Shown one piece after another: positions 24,732 to 37,140 of a DNA stretch of 50,149 nt. The notes under the pieces were generated by a model. That model worked only from the letters and a program-made list of their open reading frames with translations. It had not been told where the DNA came from and ran no database searches. The position numbers and the translations under genes were made by a program. Numbering within the stretch: position 1 is the stretch's first letter; each line of letters begins with the position of its first letter. The DNA lies in NCBI GenBank assembly GCA_013239625.1, contig MU054400.1, forward strand, positions 1,657,146 to 1,707,294, written 5' to 3'. The stretch is from Lama guanicoe (taxonomy: Eukaryota).

Positions 24732-27008
24732 TACTTTCTCCATGTCTGTTGAGATCATAATTTTTTGTCCTTTATTAATATGGGTATTACACTGATTGCT
24801 TTTCATATACTGAACTAACATTGCATTCCTGGGATAAATCCCACTTAGCCATAGTGTATTATCCTTTTTACATGTTACTGGAGTCAGTTTGCTGACATTT
24901 TTTTTGAGGATTTCTTTGCATTTATATTCATAAGTGATGTTGGTCTGTGGTTTTCTCATGATTTCTTTCTTTGTTTTGGTATCAGAGTAATGATTTGGGA
25001 AGTGTTTGTTCCTCATATATTTTTTACGTGAGTTTCTTAAGAATTGGTATTAATTCTTCTTTACATGTTTGGTAGAATTAACCAGCGAAGCCACCTGAGC
25101 TGGGGCTTTTCTTTGTGGAAAGTTTTATTTATTTTTACTACCAATTCAATCTCTTTGTTATAGGCCTATCCATATACTCTATTTCTTCTTGATTCAGTTT
25201 TGGTAGTTTGTGTCTTTCTAGAAATTTATCCATTTCACCTGTTATCTAATCTGTTGCATACAATTATTCATAGTATTCCCTCATAATCCTTTTTATGTTT
25301 GTCAGGTCAGCAATAGTATCACTCCTGATTTTAGTAATTTAAGTTTCTCTGTTTTTCTCTTGTCAGTGTAGCTAACAAATTGTTGGTTTTGTTTACCTTT
25401 TCAAAGAACCAACTTTGGTTTTGTTAATTTTTTCTATTGTTTATATATTCTTTATTTCATTTAATTATGCTTTAATATTTATTATCTCCTCAAATTTGCC
25501 TGTTTTGGGTTTAGTTTACTTTTCTTGTTACTAAGGTGGAAGATTAGGTTATTTAAGACCTTTTCTTTTCTAGTATAGGCATTTACAAGTATAAATCTCT
25601 CTCTGATCACTGCTTTTATTGCATCCCGTAAGTTTTCATATATTGTGTTTTTGTTTTCATTAATCTCAGGGTATCGTCTAATTTCCCTTGTGATATCTTC
25701 TTTGATCCACTGGTTGTTTAAAAGTGTGTTTAATTTCCACATTTGTGAAATTCTTCATATTTCCTTCAGTTACTGATCTATAATTGTAGTTAGAGAACAT
25801 ACTTTGTATGATTTTAGTTTTCTTACATTTACTGAGATTTGTTTTCTGGCCTAATAAATGATTTGCCCTGGAGCATGATCCATGCTTATTTGAGAGAAAA
25901 ATGCATTCTCTTCTTTGTACTCTATAAATGTCTGCTAGTCTAGTTACTGTATAGTGTTGTTCGGGTATTTATTACCTTATTGATCTTCTGTTACTTGGTT
26001 TATCCATTATTAAAAAAGTAGGTGTAGTGAAGTCACCAAATGTTATTTTTGATTGTCAGCTTCACCTTCAAATCTGTCAGTTTTTGCTTCGTGTATTTTG
26101 GGGCTTTATTTTAGTTGTATATATGTTTATAAATGTTATATCTTGATGAATTGAGTATTTTATCATTATAAAATATCCTTTGTCTCTATGAACAATTTTT
26201 GTCATAAGGTTTATTTTGTCTGAGATTTGTATAGCCACTCATCATTCATTTTGTTACTGCTTTGGTGAAATTTTTTTTATTTTACTTGCAACCAATTTGT
26301 GTCTTTGACTCTAGAATGTGTTTCCTATAACAGCATCTAGTTGGTTGTTTCTGCCAATATCTGTCCTTAATTGGAATGTTTAGGCTACTTACACTTTGTA
26401 TAAATATCAAAAAATCTCTCATCTGCCTTTTTTTCTATTTGGGTTCTGTCATATCTTTTTTTGTTTCTCTCTTCCTCCATTACTGCCATCTTTTATCCTA
26501 AATATTTATTTTATAGTGTACCATTTTAGTTTCCTTGTCATTTATTTTCTTATATGACTTTTGAATCATTTTCTTAGTGGTTGTCCAGGGCATTACAGTT
26601 AATATCTTAGCCGTCTGGTTCATATTAATGCCAACTTTATTTCAATGGTATACCTTGCTGCTATGAAACTTTGTGCCCCTGGGCCAACCTTCATGTTGTT
26701 ATTGTGATACATGTTACATCCTTATATATTGTATGCCCATCAACATAGATTTACAGTCACCCCTTTATGCTGTTGCCCGTTTAAATAATATAGAAAAAAA
26801 GTTATAAAAAATTTGTATTTAATATTTACCTATTTAGTTACCTTTAAGTTTCTTCATGTGCAGTGGAATTACCATCTAGTGTTTTTCATTTCAGTTTGAA
26901 AGACTCAAATATTTCTTGTAGAGCAGGTTTTTTGGAGACAAATTCTTTGTTTATTTGTCAATATCTTGCTCCTTCATTTTTGAAGGGTAGTTTGGCTGGA
27001 TATAGAAT

Positions 27009-27043
<35 letters not shown>

Positions 27044-27835
27044 TTATTGAAGTACAGTCAGTTGCAATGTGTCAACTTCTGGTGTACAGCAGAAGATTTC
27101 AGTCATATAGATACATACATGTATTCATCTTCATATTCTTTTTCATTATAGGTTACTACAAGATATTGAATAAAGTTCTCTGCTGTGTAGAAGAAATTTT
27201 TTATCTATTTTACATATAGTTGTTAGTTTTTTTAATTTTAGCTTGAAGTTTCCCTCAAACATTTGTTGAAAATCTTCAGCTCTTTTCATACATAAAGGTG
27301 TGGCACTAAAATACCAACTGGAAGCATTGTATATAAATGTTTTTTAAAAAATATATATATATATATTTTTATTGACGTATAGTCTGTTTACAATGTTGTG
27401 TCAATGGTACAATGCTTCAGTCGTACATGAACATACATATATTCATTTTCATGTTCTTTTTCATCATACATTACTACAGGATATCAAATATAGTTCCCTG
27501 TGCTATACAGCATGAACTTGTTTATCTAGTCTATATATATCAGTTAGTATCTGCAAATCTCTAACTCCTAATTTATCCCCTCCTACCCTCCTCCTCCCTG
27601 GTAACCACAAGTTTGTTTTCTGTCTGAGAGTCTGTTTCTGTTTTGCAAATAAGTTTGTCTATTTTTTTTTTTAGATTCCACATATAAGTGATATCATATG
27701 GTATTTTTCTTTCTCTTTCCGGCTAACTTCACTTAGAATGACATTCTCCAGGTCCATCCATGTTGCTGCAAATAGCATTATTTTATTATTTTTATGGCTG
27801 AGTAGTATTCCATTGTATCAGTATACCACAACTTC

Positions 27836-30800
27836 AATTTTTTTAACATTTTTTATTGATTTATAATCATTTTACAATGTTGTGTCAAATTCCAGTGTTC
27901 AGCACAATTTTTCAGTCATTCATGGACATATACACACTCATTATCACATTTTTTTCTCTGAGTTATCATAACATTTTGTGTATTTTTCCCTGTGCTATGC
28001 AGTGTAATCTTGTTTATCTATTCTACAGTTTTGAAATCCCAGTCTATCCCTTCCCACCCTCCACCCCCCTGGTAACCACAAGTCTGTATTCTCTGTGAGT
28101 CTATTTCTGTCCTGTATTTACGCTTTGTTTTTGTTTGTTTGTTTTTGTTTTTTATTTTGTTTTTGTTTTTTAGATTCCACATATGAGCAATCTCATATGG
28201 TATTTTTCTTTCTCTTTCTGGCTTACTTCACTTAGAATGACATTCTCTAGGAGCATCCATGTTGCTGCAAATGGCATTATGTTGTCAGTTTTTATGGCTG
28301 AGTAGTATTCCATTGTATAAATATACCACCTCTTCTTTATCCAGTCACCTGTTGATGGACATTTAGGCTGTTTCCATGTTTTGGCTATTGTAAATAGTGC
28401 TGCTATGAACATTGGGGTGCAGGTGTCATCCTGAAGTAGATTTCCTTCTGGGTACAAGCCCAGGAGTGGGATTCCTGGGTCATATGGTAAGTCTATTCCT
28501 AGTCTTTTGAGGAATCTCCACACTGTTTTCCATAGTGGCTGCACCAAACTGCATTCCCACCAGCAGTGTAGGAGGGTTCCCCTTTCTCCACAGCCTCTCC
28601 AGCATTTGTCATTTTTGGATTTTTGAATGACGGCCATTCTGACTGGTGTGAGGTGATACCTCATTGTAGTTTTGATTTGCATTTCTCTGATAATTAGTGA
28701 TATTGAACATTTTTTCATGTGCTTTTTGATCATTTGTATGTCTTCCTTGGAGAATTGCTTGTTTAGGTCTTCTGCCCATTTTTGGATTGGGTTGTTTATT
28801 TTTTTCTTATTGAGTCGTATGAGCTGCTTATATATTTTGGAGATCAAGCCTTTGTCGGTTTCACTTGCAAAAATTTTCTCCCATTCCGTAGGTTTTCTTC
28901 TTGTTTTATTTCTGGTTTCCTTTGCTCTGCAGAAGCTTGTAAGTTTCATTAGGTCCCATTTGTTTATTCTTGCTTTTATTTCTTCTAGGAGAAAATTTTT
29001 GAAATGTATGTCAGATAATGTTTTGCCTATGTTTTCCTCTAGGAGGTTTATTGTATCTTGTCTTATGTTTAAGTCTTTAATCCATTTTGAGTTGATTTTT
29101 GTATATGGTGTAAGGGTGTGTTCTAGCTTCATTGTTTTACATGCTGCTGTCCAGTTTTCCCAACACCATTTGCTGAAGAGACTGTCTTTATTCCATTGTA
29201 TATTCTTGCCTCCTTTGTCGAAGATGAGTTGACCAAAAGTTTGTGGGTTCATTTCTGGGCTCTCTATTCTGTTCCATTGGTCTATATGTCTGTTTTGGTA
29301 CCAATACCATGCTGTCTTGATGACTGTAGCTCTATAGTATTGTCTGAAGTCTGGGAGAGTTATTCCTCCAGCCTCTTTCTTTCTCTTCAGTAATGCTTTA
29401 GCAATTCTAGGTCTTTGATGGTTCCATATAAATTTTATTATGATTTGTTCTAGTTCTGTGAAATATGTCCTGGGTAATTGGATAGGGATTGCATTAAATC
29501 TGTAGATTGCCTTGGGCAGTGTGACCATTTTAACAATATTGATTCTTCCAATCCAAGAGCATGGAATATCTTTCCATTTTTTAAAGTCTTCTTTAATTTC
29601 CTTCATCAATGGTTTATAGTTTTCTGTGTATAATTCTTTCACCTCCTTGGTTAGATTTATTCCCAGATATTTTATTACTTTGGGTGCTATTTTAAAGGGG
29701 ATTGTTTCTTTACTTTCTTTTTCTGTTGATTTATCGTTAGTGTAAAGAAAGGCAACTGATTTTTGAACATTAATTTTGTAACCTGCTACCTTGCTGAATT
29801 CTTCGATCAGCTCTAGTAGCTTTTTTGTGGACCTTTTAGGGTTTTCTATATATAGTAACATGTCGTCAGCATATAATGACACTTTTACCTCTTCTTTTCC
29901 AATTTGGATCCCTTTTATTTCTTTCTCTTGCCTGATTGCTGTGGCTAGGACTTCCAGGACTATATTGAATAGGAGTGGTGATAGTGGGCATCCTTGTCTT
30001 GTCCCAGATTTTAGTGGGAAGCTTTTGAGTTTTTCACCGTTGAGAACTATGCTGGCTATAGGTTTGTCATATATAGCTTTTATTATGTTGAGATATGTTC
30101 CCTCTATACCCACTTTGGCGAGAGTTTTTATCATAAATGGGTGTTGAATTTTATCAAATGCTTTTTCTGCATCGATTGAGATGATCATGTGGTTTTTGTC
30201 CTTTCTCTTGTTGATGTGATGTATTACATTGATTGATTTGCGTATGTTGAACCAGCCTTGTGTCCCTGGGATGAACCCCACTTGGTCATGATGTATAATC
30301 TTTTTTATGTGTTGTTGGATTCTATTTGCTAAAATTTTGGTGAGGATTTTGGCGTCTATGTTCATCAGTGATATTGGCCTATAATTCTCTTTTTTTGTAG
30401 TGTCTTTGCCTGGTTTTGGTATCAGGGTGATGGTGGCTTCATAGAATGAGTTTGGGAGTATTCCCTCCTTTTCAATCGTCTGGAAGAGTTTGAGAAGGAC
30501 TGGTATGAGTTCTTCTTTGTATGTTTGGTAGAATTCCCCGGTGAAGCCATCCGGTCCTGGACTTTTATTTGTAGGGAGGTTTTTAATTGCTATTTCTATT
30601 TCCTTTCTAGTGATCGGATTGTTCAAGTGTTCAGTTTCTTCTTGATTCAGTTTTGGTGGACAGTATGTTTCCAGAAACTTGTCCATCTCCTCTAGGTTAT
30701 CCAGTTTGGTTCCATATAGTTTTTCATAATATTCTCGTATGATATTCTGTATTTCTATTTTGTTTGTTGTAATTTCTCCATTTTCCTTTCTTATTTTGCT

Positions 30801-31629
30801 AATTTGTGCTCTCTCTTTTTTCTTCTTTGTGAGTTTGGCCAGAGGTTTGTCGATTTTATTTACTTTTTCAAAAAACCAGCTTTTGGTTTGGTTGATTTTT
30901 TCTATGGTCTTGTTAATCTCTATTGTATTTAATTCCTCTCTGATCTTTATTATTTCCTTCCTTCTGCTGCTTTTTGGGGCTTTTTGTTCTTCTTTTTCTA
31001 ATTGATTCAGGTGGTGGGTTAACTTGTTTATTTGAGATTGTTCTTCTTTTTTGAGGAAGGCCTGTATCGCTATAAACTTCCCTCTTAGCACTGCCTTTGC
31101 TGTGTCCCATAGGTTTTGAGTGGTTGTGCTTTCATTATCATTTGTCTCAAGGTATTTTTTAATTTCAGCTTTGATTTCCTCATTGATCCATTGTTTTTTC
31201 AATAACATATTGTTTAATCTCCATGCTTTTCTTTTTTTCTCCTTTGTTTCTCTGTTGTTGATTTCCAGTTTCATGGCATTGTGGTCAGTAAAGATGCTTG
31301 AGATAATTTCTATCTTCTTAAAATTGTTGAGGTTTCTTTTGTGCCCAAGTACATGATCGATCCTGGAAAATGTTCCATGTGCACTTGAAAAGAATGTATA
31401 TCCTATTTTTGGGGGGTGTAATGCTCTGAAAATATCCACCAAATCTAGTTTTTCTATTGTAGTATTTAATTTCTCTGCTGCCTTGTTTATTTTCTGTCTG
31501 GAAGATCTGTCTAGTGATGTTAATGCAGTGTTAAAATCTCCAACTATGATTGTATTCCCATCAATATCCCCCTTTATTTCTGTTAGTAATTCTTGTATGT
31601 ACTTAGGTGCTCCTATATTGGGTGCATAT
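27836..31629 (-). mobile_element. Young camelid L1, 5'-truncated within the ORF2 endonuclease domain
   Basis: Perfect 14-bp TSD tataccacaacttc (27822-27835 and 31630-31643), 3' UTR with AATAAA, and uninterrupted ORF2. Confidence 0.97.
28170..31628 (-). CDS. ORF2: L1 ORF2p (partial endonuclease, RT, CCHC domain), open to the truncation point and lacking about the first 114 aa
   Basis: The 1090-aa ORF extends another 62 open codons to YAPN. Motifs GDFN, TDH, QGCPLSP, YADD and [18 protein letters not shown]. No native start codon, promoter or ORF1. Confidence 0.93.
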   Translation of the reverse strand, partial: YAPNIGAPKYIQELLTEIKGDIDGNTIIVGDFNTALTSLDRSSRQKINKAAEKLNTTIEKLDLVDIFRALHPPKIGYTFFSSAHGTFSRIDHVLGHKRNLNNFKKIEIISSIFTDHNAMKLEINNRETKEKKRKAWRLNNMLLKKQWINEEIKAEIKKYLETNDNESTTTQNLWDTAKAVLRGKFIAIQAFLKKEEQSQINKLTHHLNQLEKEEQKAPKSSRRKEIIKIREELNTIEINKTIEKINQTKSWFFEKVNKIDKPLAKLTKKKKERAQISKIRKENGEITTNKIEIQNIIREYYEKLYGTKLDNLEEMDKFLETYCPPKLNQEETEHLNNPITRKEIEIAIKNLPTNKSPGPDGFTGEFYQTYKEELIPVLLKLFQTIEKEGILPNSFYEATITLIPKPGKDTTKKENYRPISLMNIDAKILTKILANRIQQHIKKIIHHDQVGFIPGTQGWFNIRKSINVIHHINKRKDKNHMIISIDAEKAFDKIQHPFMIKTLAKVGIEGTYLNIIKAIYDKPIASIVLNGEKLKSFPLKSGTRQGCPLSPLLFNIVLEVLATAIRQEKEIKGIQIGKEEVKVSLYADDMLLYIENPKRSTKKLLELIEEFSKVAGYKINVQKSVAFLYTNDKSTEKESKETIPFKIAPKVIKYLGINLTKEVKELYTENYKPLMKEIKEDFKKWKDIPCSWIGRINIVKMVTLPKAIYRFNAIPIQLPRTYFTELEQIIIKFIWNHQRPRIAKALLKRKKEAGGITLPDFRQYYRATVIKTAWYWYQNRHIDQWNRIESPEMNPQTFGQLIFDKGGKNIQWNKDSLFSKWCWENWTAACKTMKLEHTLTPYTKINSKWIKDLNIRQDTINLLEENIGKTLSDIHFKNFLLEEIKARINKWDLMKLTSFCRAKETRNKTRRKPTEWEKIFASETDKGLISKIYKQLIRLNKKKINNPIQKWAEDLNKQFSKEDIQMIKKHMKKCSISLIIREMQIKTTMRYHLTPVRMAVIQKSKNDKCWRGCGERGTLLHCWWECSLVQPLWKTVWRFLKRLGIDLPYDPGIPLLGLYPEGNLLQDDTCTPMFIAALFTIAKTWKQPKCPSTGDWIKKRWYIYTMEYYSAIKTDNIMPFAATWMLLENVILSEVSQKEKEKYHMRLLICGI

Positions 31630-33064
31630 TATACCACAACTTCTTTATCCAGTCATCTGTTGATGGACATTTAGGTTGTTTCCATGTCTTGGCTATTGTA
31701 AATAGTGCTGCTATGAACATTGGGGTGCATGTATCTTTTTGAATTAAGGTTCTCTCTGGATTTATGCCTAGGAGTGGGATTGCTGAATCATATGGTAAGT
31801 TTATTTTTAGTCTTTTAAGGAATCTCCATACTGTTTTCCATAATGGCTGCACCAAACTACATTCCCATCAGCATTGTAGGAGGGTTCCCTTTTCTCCACA
31901 GCCTCTCCAGCATTTGTCATTTGTGGACTTTTGCATGATGGCCATTCTGACTGGTGTGAGGTGATACCTCATTGTAGTTTTGATGTGCATTTCTCTGATA
32001 ATTAGCAATATTGAGTATTTTTTCATGTGCTAATTGGCCATTTGTATGTCTTCATTGGAGAATTGCTTGTTTAGGTCTTTACCCATTTTTGGATTGAGTT
32101 GTTTGTTTTTATCTTCTAAGTTGTATGAGCTGTTTATATAGTCTGGAAATTAAGCCCTTGTCAATCTCATCTTTTGCAAATATTTTCTCGCATTCTATAG
32201 GTTGTCTTTTTATTTTGCTTATGGTTTCCTTTGCTGTGCAGAAGCTTATAAGTTTAATTAGGTCCCCTTTGTTTATTTTTGCTTTTATTTCTATTGCCTG
32301 GGTAGACTGATCTAGGAGAATATTGCAGAGATATATGTCAGATAATGTTTTGGATATAGAATTCTTGATTGATAGTCTTTTTCTTTCAGTACTTGAAATA
32401 GGTTTTCTAATGAGAAATCAGATGTTAATCTTTCTAAGGATCCCTTACATGGTGCTGCTTTCAAGATTCTCTCTCTATCTTTGTCTTTCAAGTATTTGAT
32501 TATGATATGTCTACTTGTGGATCTCTTTGAGTTTATCCTACTTGGAGTTGGTGGAGCTTTTTGGATATGTAATGCGTTTCATCAAATTTGGGATGTTTGC
32601 AGACATTTCTTCAAATATTCTTTCTGCCTCTTTCTCTTTCTTCTTTGCTTTTGGAACTCCCATTACGTTTACGTTGGTACACTTGATGATATCTAACAGA
32701 CTTCTTAGGCTTTATTCATTTTTCTTTATTTTTATTTCTCTTCTTCAGACTGGATAATGTCAATCAGCCTGTTTTCAAGTTTGCACTTTCTGCTAGTTCA
32801 GATCTGCTGTTGAGCCCTTCTAGTGAATTTTTCCTTTCAGTTTTGTACTTTTCAAATCCATAGTTACTATTTGGTTCATTTTATAATTTCTATCTCTATT
32901 GATATTTATTTGGAAAGACATCAATCTTATACTTTTATTTAGTTCTTTAGACATGATTTAAACATATTTGAAATAGCTGATTGTCTATTAAGTCCAACAT
33001 CTGTTCTTCCTCAGGATTGGCTTTTATTTGTTTCTTTTATCCCCTTGCTTATGGGCGGTATTAT

Positions 33065-36000
33065 TTTTAACATTATTTTTTTATTTATTTTATTTTTTTT
33101 ACATTTTTTATTGATTCATAATCATTTTACAGTGTTGTGTCAAATTCCAGTGTTCAGCACAATTTTTCAGTCATTCATGGACATATACACACTCATTGTC
33201 ACATTTTTTCTCTGTGATTTATCATAACATTTTGTGTATATTTCCCTGTGCTATACAGTGTAATCTTGTTTATCTATTCTACAATTTTGAAATCCCAGTC
33301 AATCCCTTCATCCCACCACCCCCTTGGCAACCACAAGTTTGTATTCTATGTCTATGAGTCTATTTCTGTTTTGTATTTATGCTTTGTTTGTTTGTTTTTT
33401 TAGATTCCACATATGAGCGATCTCATATGGTATTTTTCTTTCTCTTTCTGGCTTACTTCACTTAGAATGACATTCTCCAGGAGCATCCATGTTGCTGCAA
33501 ATGGCATTATGTTGTCGGTTTTTATGGCTGAGTAGTATTCCATTGTATAAATATACCACATCTTCTTTATCCAGTCACCTGTTGATGGACATTTAGGCTG
33601 TTTCCATGTTTTGGCTATTGTAAATAGTGCTGCTATGAACATTGGGGTGCAGGTGTCATCCTGAAGTAGATTTCCTTCTGGATACAAGCCCAGGAGTGGG
33701 ATTCCTGGGTCATATGGTAAGTCTATTCCTAGTCTTTTGAGGAATCTCCACACTGTTTTCCATAGTGGCTGCACCAAACTGCATTCCCACCAGCAGTGTA
33801 GGAGGGTTCCCCTTTCTCCACAGCCTCTCCAGCATTTGTCATTTGTGGATTTTTGAATGACGGCCATTCTGACTGGTGTGAGGTGATACCTCATTGTAGT
33901 TTTGATTTGCATTTCTCTGATAATTAGTGATATTGAACATTTTTTCATGTGCTTTTTGATCATTTGTATGTCTTCCTTGGAGAATTGCTTGTTTAGGTCT
34001 TCTGCCCATTTTTGGATTGGGTTGTTTATTTTTTTCTTATTGAGTCGTATGAGCTGCTTATATATTTTGGAGATCAAGCCTTTGTCGGTTTCACTTGCAA
34101 AAATTTTCTCCCATTCCGTAGGTTTTCTTCTTGTTTTATTTCTGGTTTCCTTTGCTCTGCAGAAGCTTGTAAGTTTCATTAGGTCCCATTTGTTTATTCT
34201 TGCTTTTATTTCTTCTAGGAGAAAATTTTTGAAATGTATGTCAGATAATGTTTTGCCTATGTTTTCCTCTAGGAGGTTTATTGTATCTTGTCTTATGTTT
34301 AAGTCTTTAATCCATTTTGAGTTGATTTTTGTATATGGTGTAAGGGTGTGTTCTAGCTTCATTGTTTTACATGCTGCTGTCCAGTTTTCCCAACACCATT
34401 TGCTGAAGAGACTGTCTTTATTCCATTGTATATTCTTGCCTCCTTTGTCGAAGATGAGTTGACCAAAAGTTTGTGGGTTCATTTCTGGGCTCTCTATTCT
34501 GTTCCATTGGTCTATATGTCTGTTTTGGTACCAATACCATGCTGTCTTGATGACTGTAGCTCTATAGTATTGTCTGAAGTCTGGGAGAGTTATTCCTCCA
34601 GCCTCTTTCTTTCTCTTCAGTAATGCTTTAGCAATTCTAGGTCTTTGATGGTTCCATATAAATTTTATTATGATTTGTTCTAGTTCTGTGAAATATGTCC
34701 TGGGTAATTGGATAGGGATTGCATTAAATCTGTAGATTGCCTTGGGCAGTGTGACCATTTTAACAATATTGATTCTTCCAATCCAAGAGCATGGAATATC
34801 TTTCCATTTTTTAAAGTCTTCTTTAATTTCCTTCATCAATGGTTTATAGTTTTCTGTGTATAATTCTTTCACCTCCTTGGTTAGATTTATTCCCAGATAT
34901 TTTATTACTTTGGGTGCTATTTTAAAGGGGATTGTTTCTTTACTTTCTTTTTCTGTTGATTTATCGTTAGTGTAAAGAAATGCAACTGATTTTTGAACAT
35001 TAATTTTGTAACCTGCTACCTTGCTGAATTCTTCAATCAGCTCTAGTAGCTTTTGTGTGGACCTTTTAGGGTTTTCTATATATAGTAACATGTCGTCAGC
35101 ATATAATGACACTTTTACCTCTTCTTTTCCAATTTGGATCCCTTTTATTTCTTTCTCTTGCCTGATTGCTGTGGCTAGGACTTCCAGGACTATATTGAAT
35201 AGGAGTGGTGATAGTGGGCATCCTTGTCTTGTCCCAGATTTTAGTGGGAAGCTTTTGAGTTTTTCACCGTTGAGAACTATGCTGGCTATAGGTTTGTCAT
35301 ATATAGCTTTTATTATGTTGAGATATGTTCCCTCTATACCCACTTTGGCGAGAGTTTTTATCATAAATGGGTGTTGAATTTTATCAAATGCTTTTTCTGC
35401 ATCGATTGAGATGATCATGTGGTTTTTGTCCTTTCTCTTGTTGATGTGATGTATTACATTGATTGATTTGCGTATGTTGAACCAGCCTTGTGTCCCTGGG
35501 ATGAACCCCACTTGGTCATGATGTATAATCTTTTTTATGTGTTGTTGGATTCTATTTGCTAAAATTTTGGTGAGGATTTTGGCGTCTATGTTCATCAGTG
35601 ATATTGGCCTATAATTCTCTTTTTTTGTAGTGTCTTTGCCTGGTTTTGGTATCAGGGTGATGGTGGCTTCATAGAATGAGTTTGGGAGTATTCCCTCCTT
35701 TTCAATCGTCTGGAAGAGTTTGAGAAGGACTGGTATGAGTTCTTCTTTGTATGTTTGGTAGAATTCCCCGGTGAAGCCGTCCGGTCCTGGACTTTTATTT
35801 GTAGGGAGGTTTTTAATTGCTATTTCTATTTCCTTTCTAGTGATCGGATTGTTCAAGTGTTCAGTTTCTTCTTGATTCAGTTTTGGTGGACAGTATGTTT
35901 CCAGAAACTTGTCCATCTCCTCTAGGTTATCCAGTTTGATTCCATATAGTTTTTCATAATATTCTTGTATGATATTCTGTATTTCTATTTTGTTTGTTGT

Positions 36001-37140
36001 AATTTCTCCATTTTCCTTTCTTATTTTGCTAATTTGTGCTCTCTTTTTCCTTCTTTGTGAGTTTAGCTAGAGATTTTTGTCGATTTTATTTACTTTTTCA
36101 AAAAACCAATCAAAAAAACAGCTTTTGGTTAGGTTGATTTTTTCTGTGGTCTTGTTAATCTCTATTTTATTTATTTCCTCCCTAATCTTTATAATTTCCT
36201 TCCTTCTGCTGACTTGGGGTTTTTTGTTCTTTTTCTAGTTCATTCAGCTGGTGGGTTAAATTGTTTATTTGTGTTTGTTCTTTTTTGAGGAAGGCCTGTA
36301 TCACTATAAACTTCCCTCTTAGCACTGCCTTTTCTGTGTCCCATAGATTTTGTGTGGTTGTGCTTTCATTATCATTTGTCTCAAGGTATTTTTTAATTTC
36401 AGCTTTGATTTCCTCATTGATCCATTGTTTTTTCAATAACATATTGTTTAATCTCCATGCTTTTCTTTTTTTCTCCTTTGTTTCTCTGTTGTTGATTTCC
36501 AGTTTCATGGCATTGTGGTCAGTAAAAATACTTGAGATAAATTTCTATCTTCTTAAAATTGTTGAGGTTTCTTTTGTGCCCAAGTACATGATCAATCCTG
36601 GAAAATGTTCCATGTGCACTTGAAAGGAACGTATAACCTATTTTTGGGGGGTGTAATGCTCTGAAAATAACACCAAATCTAATTTTTCTATTGTATTATT
36701 TAATTTCTCTGTTGCGTTATTTATTTTCTGTCTGGAAGATCTGTCTAGTGATGTTAATGCAGTGTTAAAATCTGCAACTAAGATTGTATTCCCATCAGTA
36801 TCCCCCTTTATCTCGGTTAGTAATTGCTTTAGGTACTTAGGTGCTCCTATATTGGGTGCATATATATTAACGAGTGTAATATCTTCATCTTGTATCACTC
36901 CTTTAATCATTATAAAATGTCCTTCTTTATCTTTCTTTATGGCCTTTGTTTTAAAGTCTATTTTGTCTGAAATCAGTACTGCAACACCTGCTTTTTTGGC
37001 TTTTCCATTTGCATGGAATATCCTTTTCCATCCTTTCACTCTCAATCTATATGTGTCCTTCTTCCTAAAGTGGGTCTCTTGAATGCAGCATATTGAAGGT
37101 TTTTGCTTTATTATCCGGTCTTGCACTCTGTGTCTTTTGG
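33065..37140 (-). mobile_element. Second camelid L1, truncated near the ORF2 start, with mosaic divergence
   Basis: A-rich tail, 3' UTR, an 838-aa open RT/CCHC frame, then frameshifted endonuclease pieces (36182-36508, 36638-37140 with ICCIQETH). Confidence 0.95.
33400..35916 (-). CDS. ORF2: L1 ORF2p RT and C-terminal part (838 aa; upstream endonuclease frameshifted)
   Basis: YADD and CCHC motifs. I see only 4 aa differences from the matching part of 28170-31442. Confidence 0.9.
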   Translation of the reverse strand: MDKFLETYCPPKLNQEETEHLNNPITRKEIEIAIKNLPTNKSPGPDGFTGEFYQTYKEELIPVLLKLFQTIEKEGILPNSFYEATITLIPKPGKDTTKKENYRPISLMNIDAKILTKILANRIQQHIKKIIHHDQVGFIPGTQGWFNIRKSINVIHHINKRKDKNHMIISIDAEKAFDKIQHPFMIKTLAKVGIEGTYLNIIKAIYDKPIASIVLNGEKLKSFPLKSGTRQGCPLSPLLFNIVLEVLATAIRQEKEIKGIQIGKEEVKVSLYADDMLLYIENPKRSTQKLLELIEEFSKVAGYKINVQKSVAFLYTNDKSTEKESKETIPFKIAPKVIKYLGINLTKEVKELYTENYKPLMKEIKEDFKKWKDIPCSWIGRINIVKMVTLPKAIYRFNAIPIQLPRTYFTELEQIIIKFIWNHQRPRIAKALLKRKKEAGGITLPDFRQYYRATVIKTAWYWYQNRHIDQWNRIESPEMNPQTFGQLIFDKGGKNIQWNKDSLFSKWCWENWTAACKTMKLEHTLTPYTKINSKWIKDLNIRQDTINLLEENIGKTLSDIHFKNFLLEEIKARINKWDLMKLTSFCRAKETRNKTRRKPTEWEKIFASETDKGLISKIYKQLIRLNKKKINNPIQKWAEDLNKQFSKEDIQMIKKHMKKCSISLIIREMQIKTTMRYHLTPVRMAVIQKSTNDKCWRGCGERGTLLHCWWECSLVQPLWKTVWRFLKRLGIDLPYDPGIPLLGLYPEGNLLQDDTCTPMFIAALFTIAKTWKQPKCPSTGDWIKKMWYIYTMEYYSAIKTDNIMPFAATWMLLENVILSEVSQKEKEKYHMRSLICGI

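Larger units (their letters stand above)
27010..32350 (-). mobile_element. Composite L1 insertion (5'-truncated L1, non-L1 spacer, second L1 3' UTR piece), later split by a young L1
   Basis: A single 13-bp TSD tggatatagaatt (26997-27009 and 32351-32363) brackets the whole block. (TTTA)n tail at 27010-27045. Confidence 0.8.

Noticed and set aside
28672..35377. Duplicated hydrophobic plus-strand ORFs (186, 65 and 118 aa)
   Set aside because: These are antisense shadows of L1 ORF2 and recur wherever the L1 does.
27836..37140. Simple 5.23-kb tandem segmental duplication
   Set aside because: Flanks, tails, truncation points and 3' UTRs differ between the two L1s, and only the core is near-identical.
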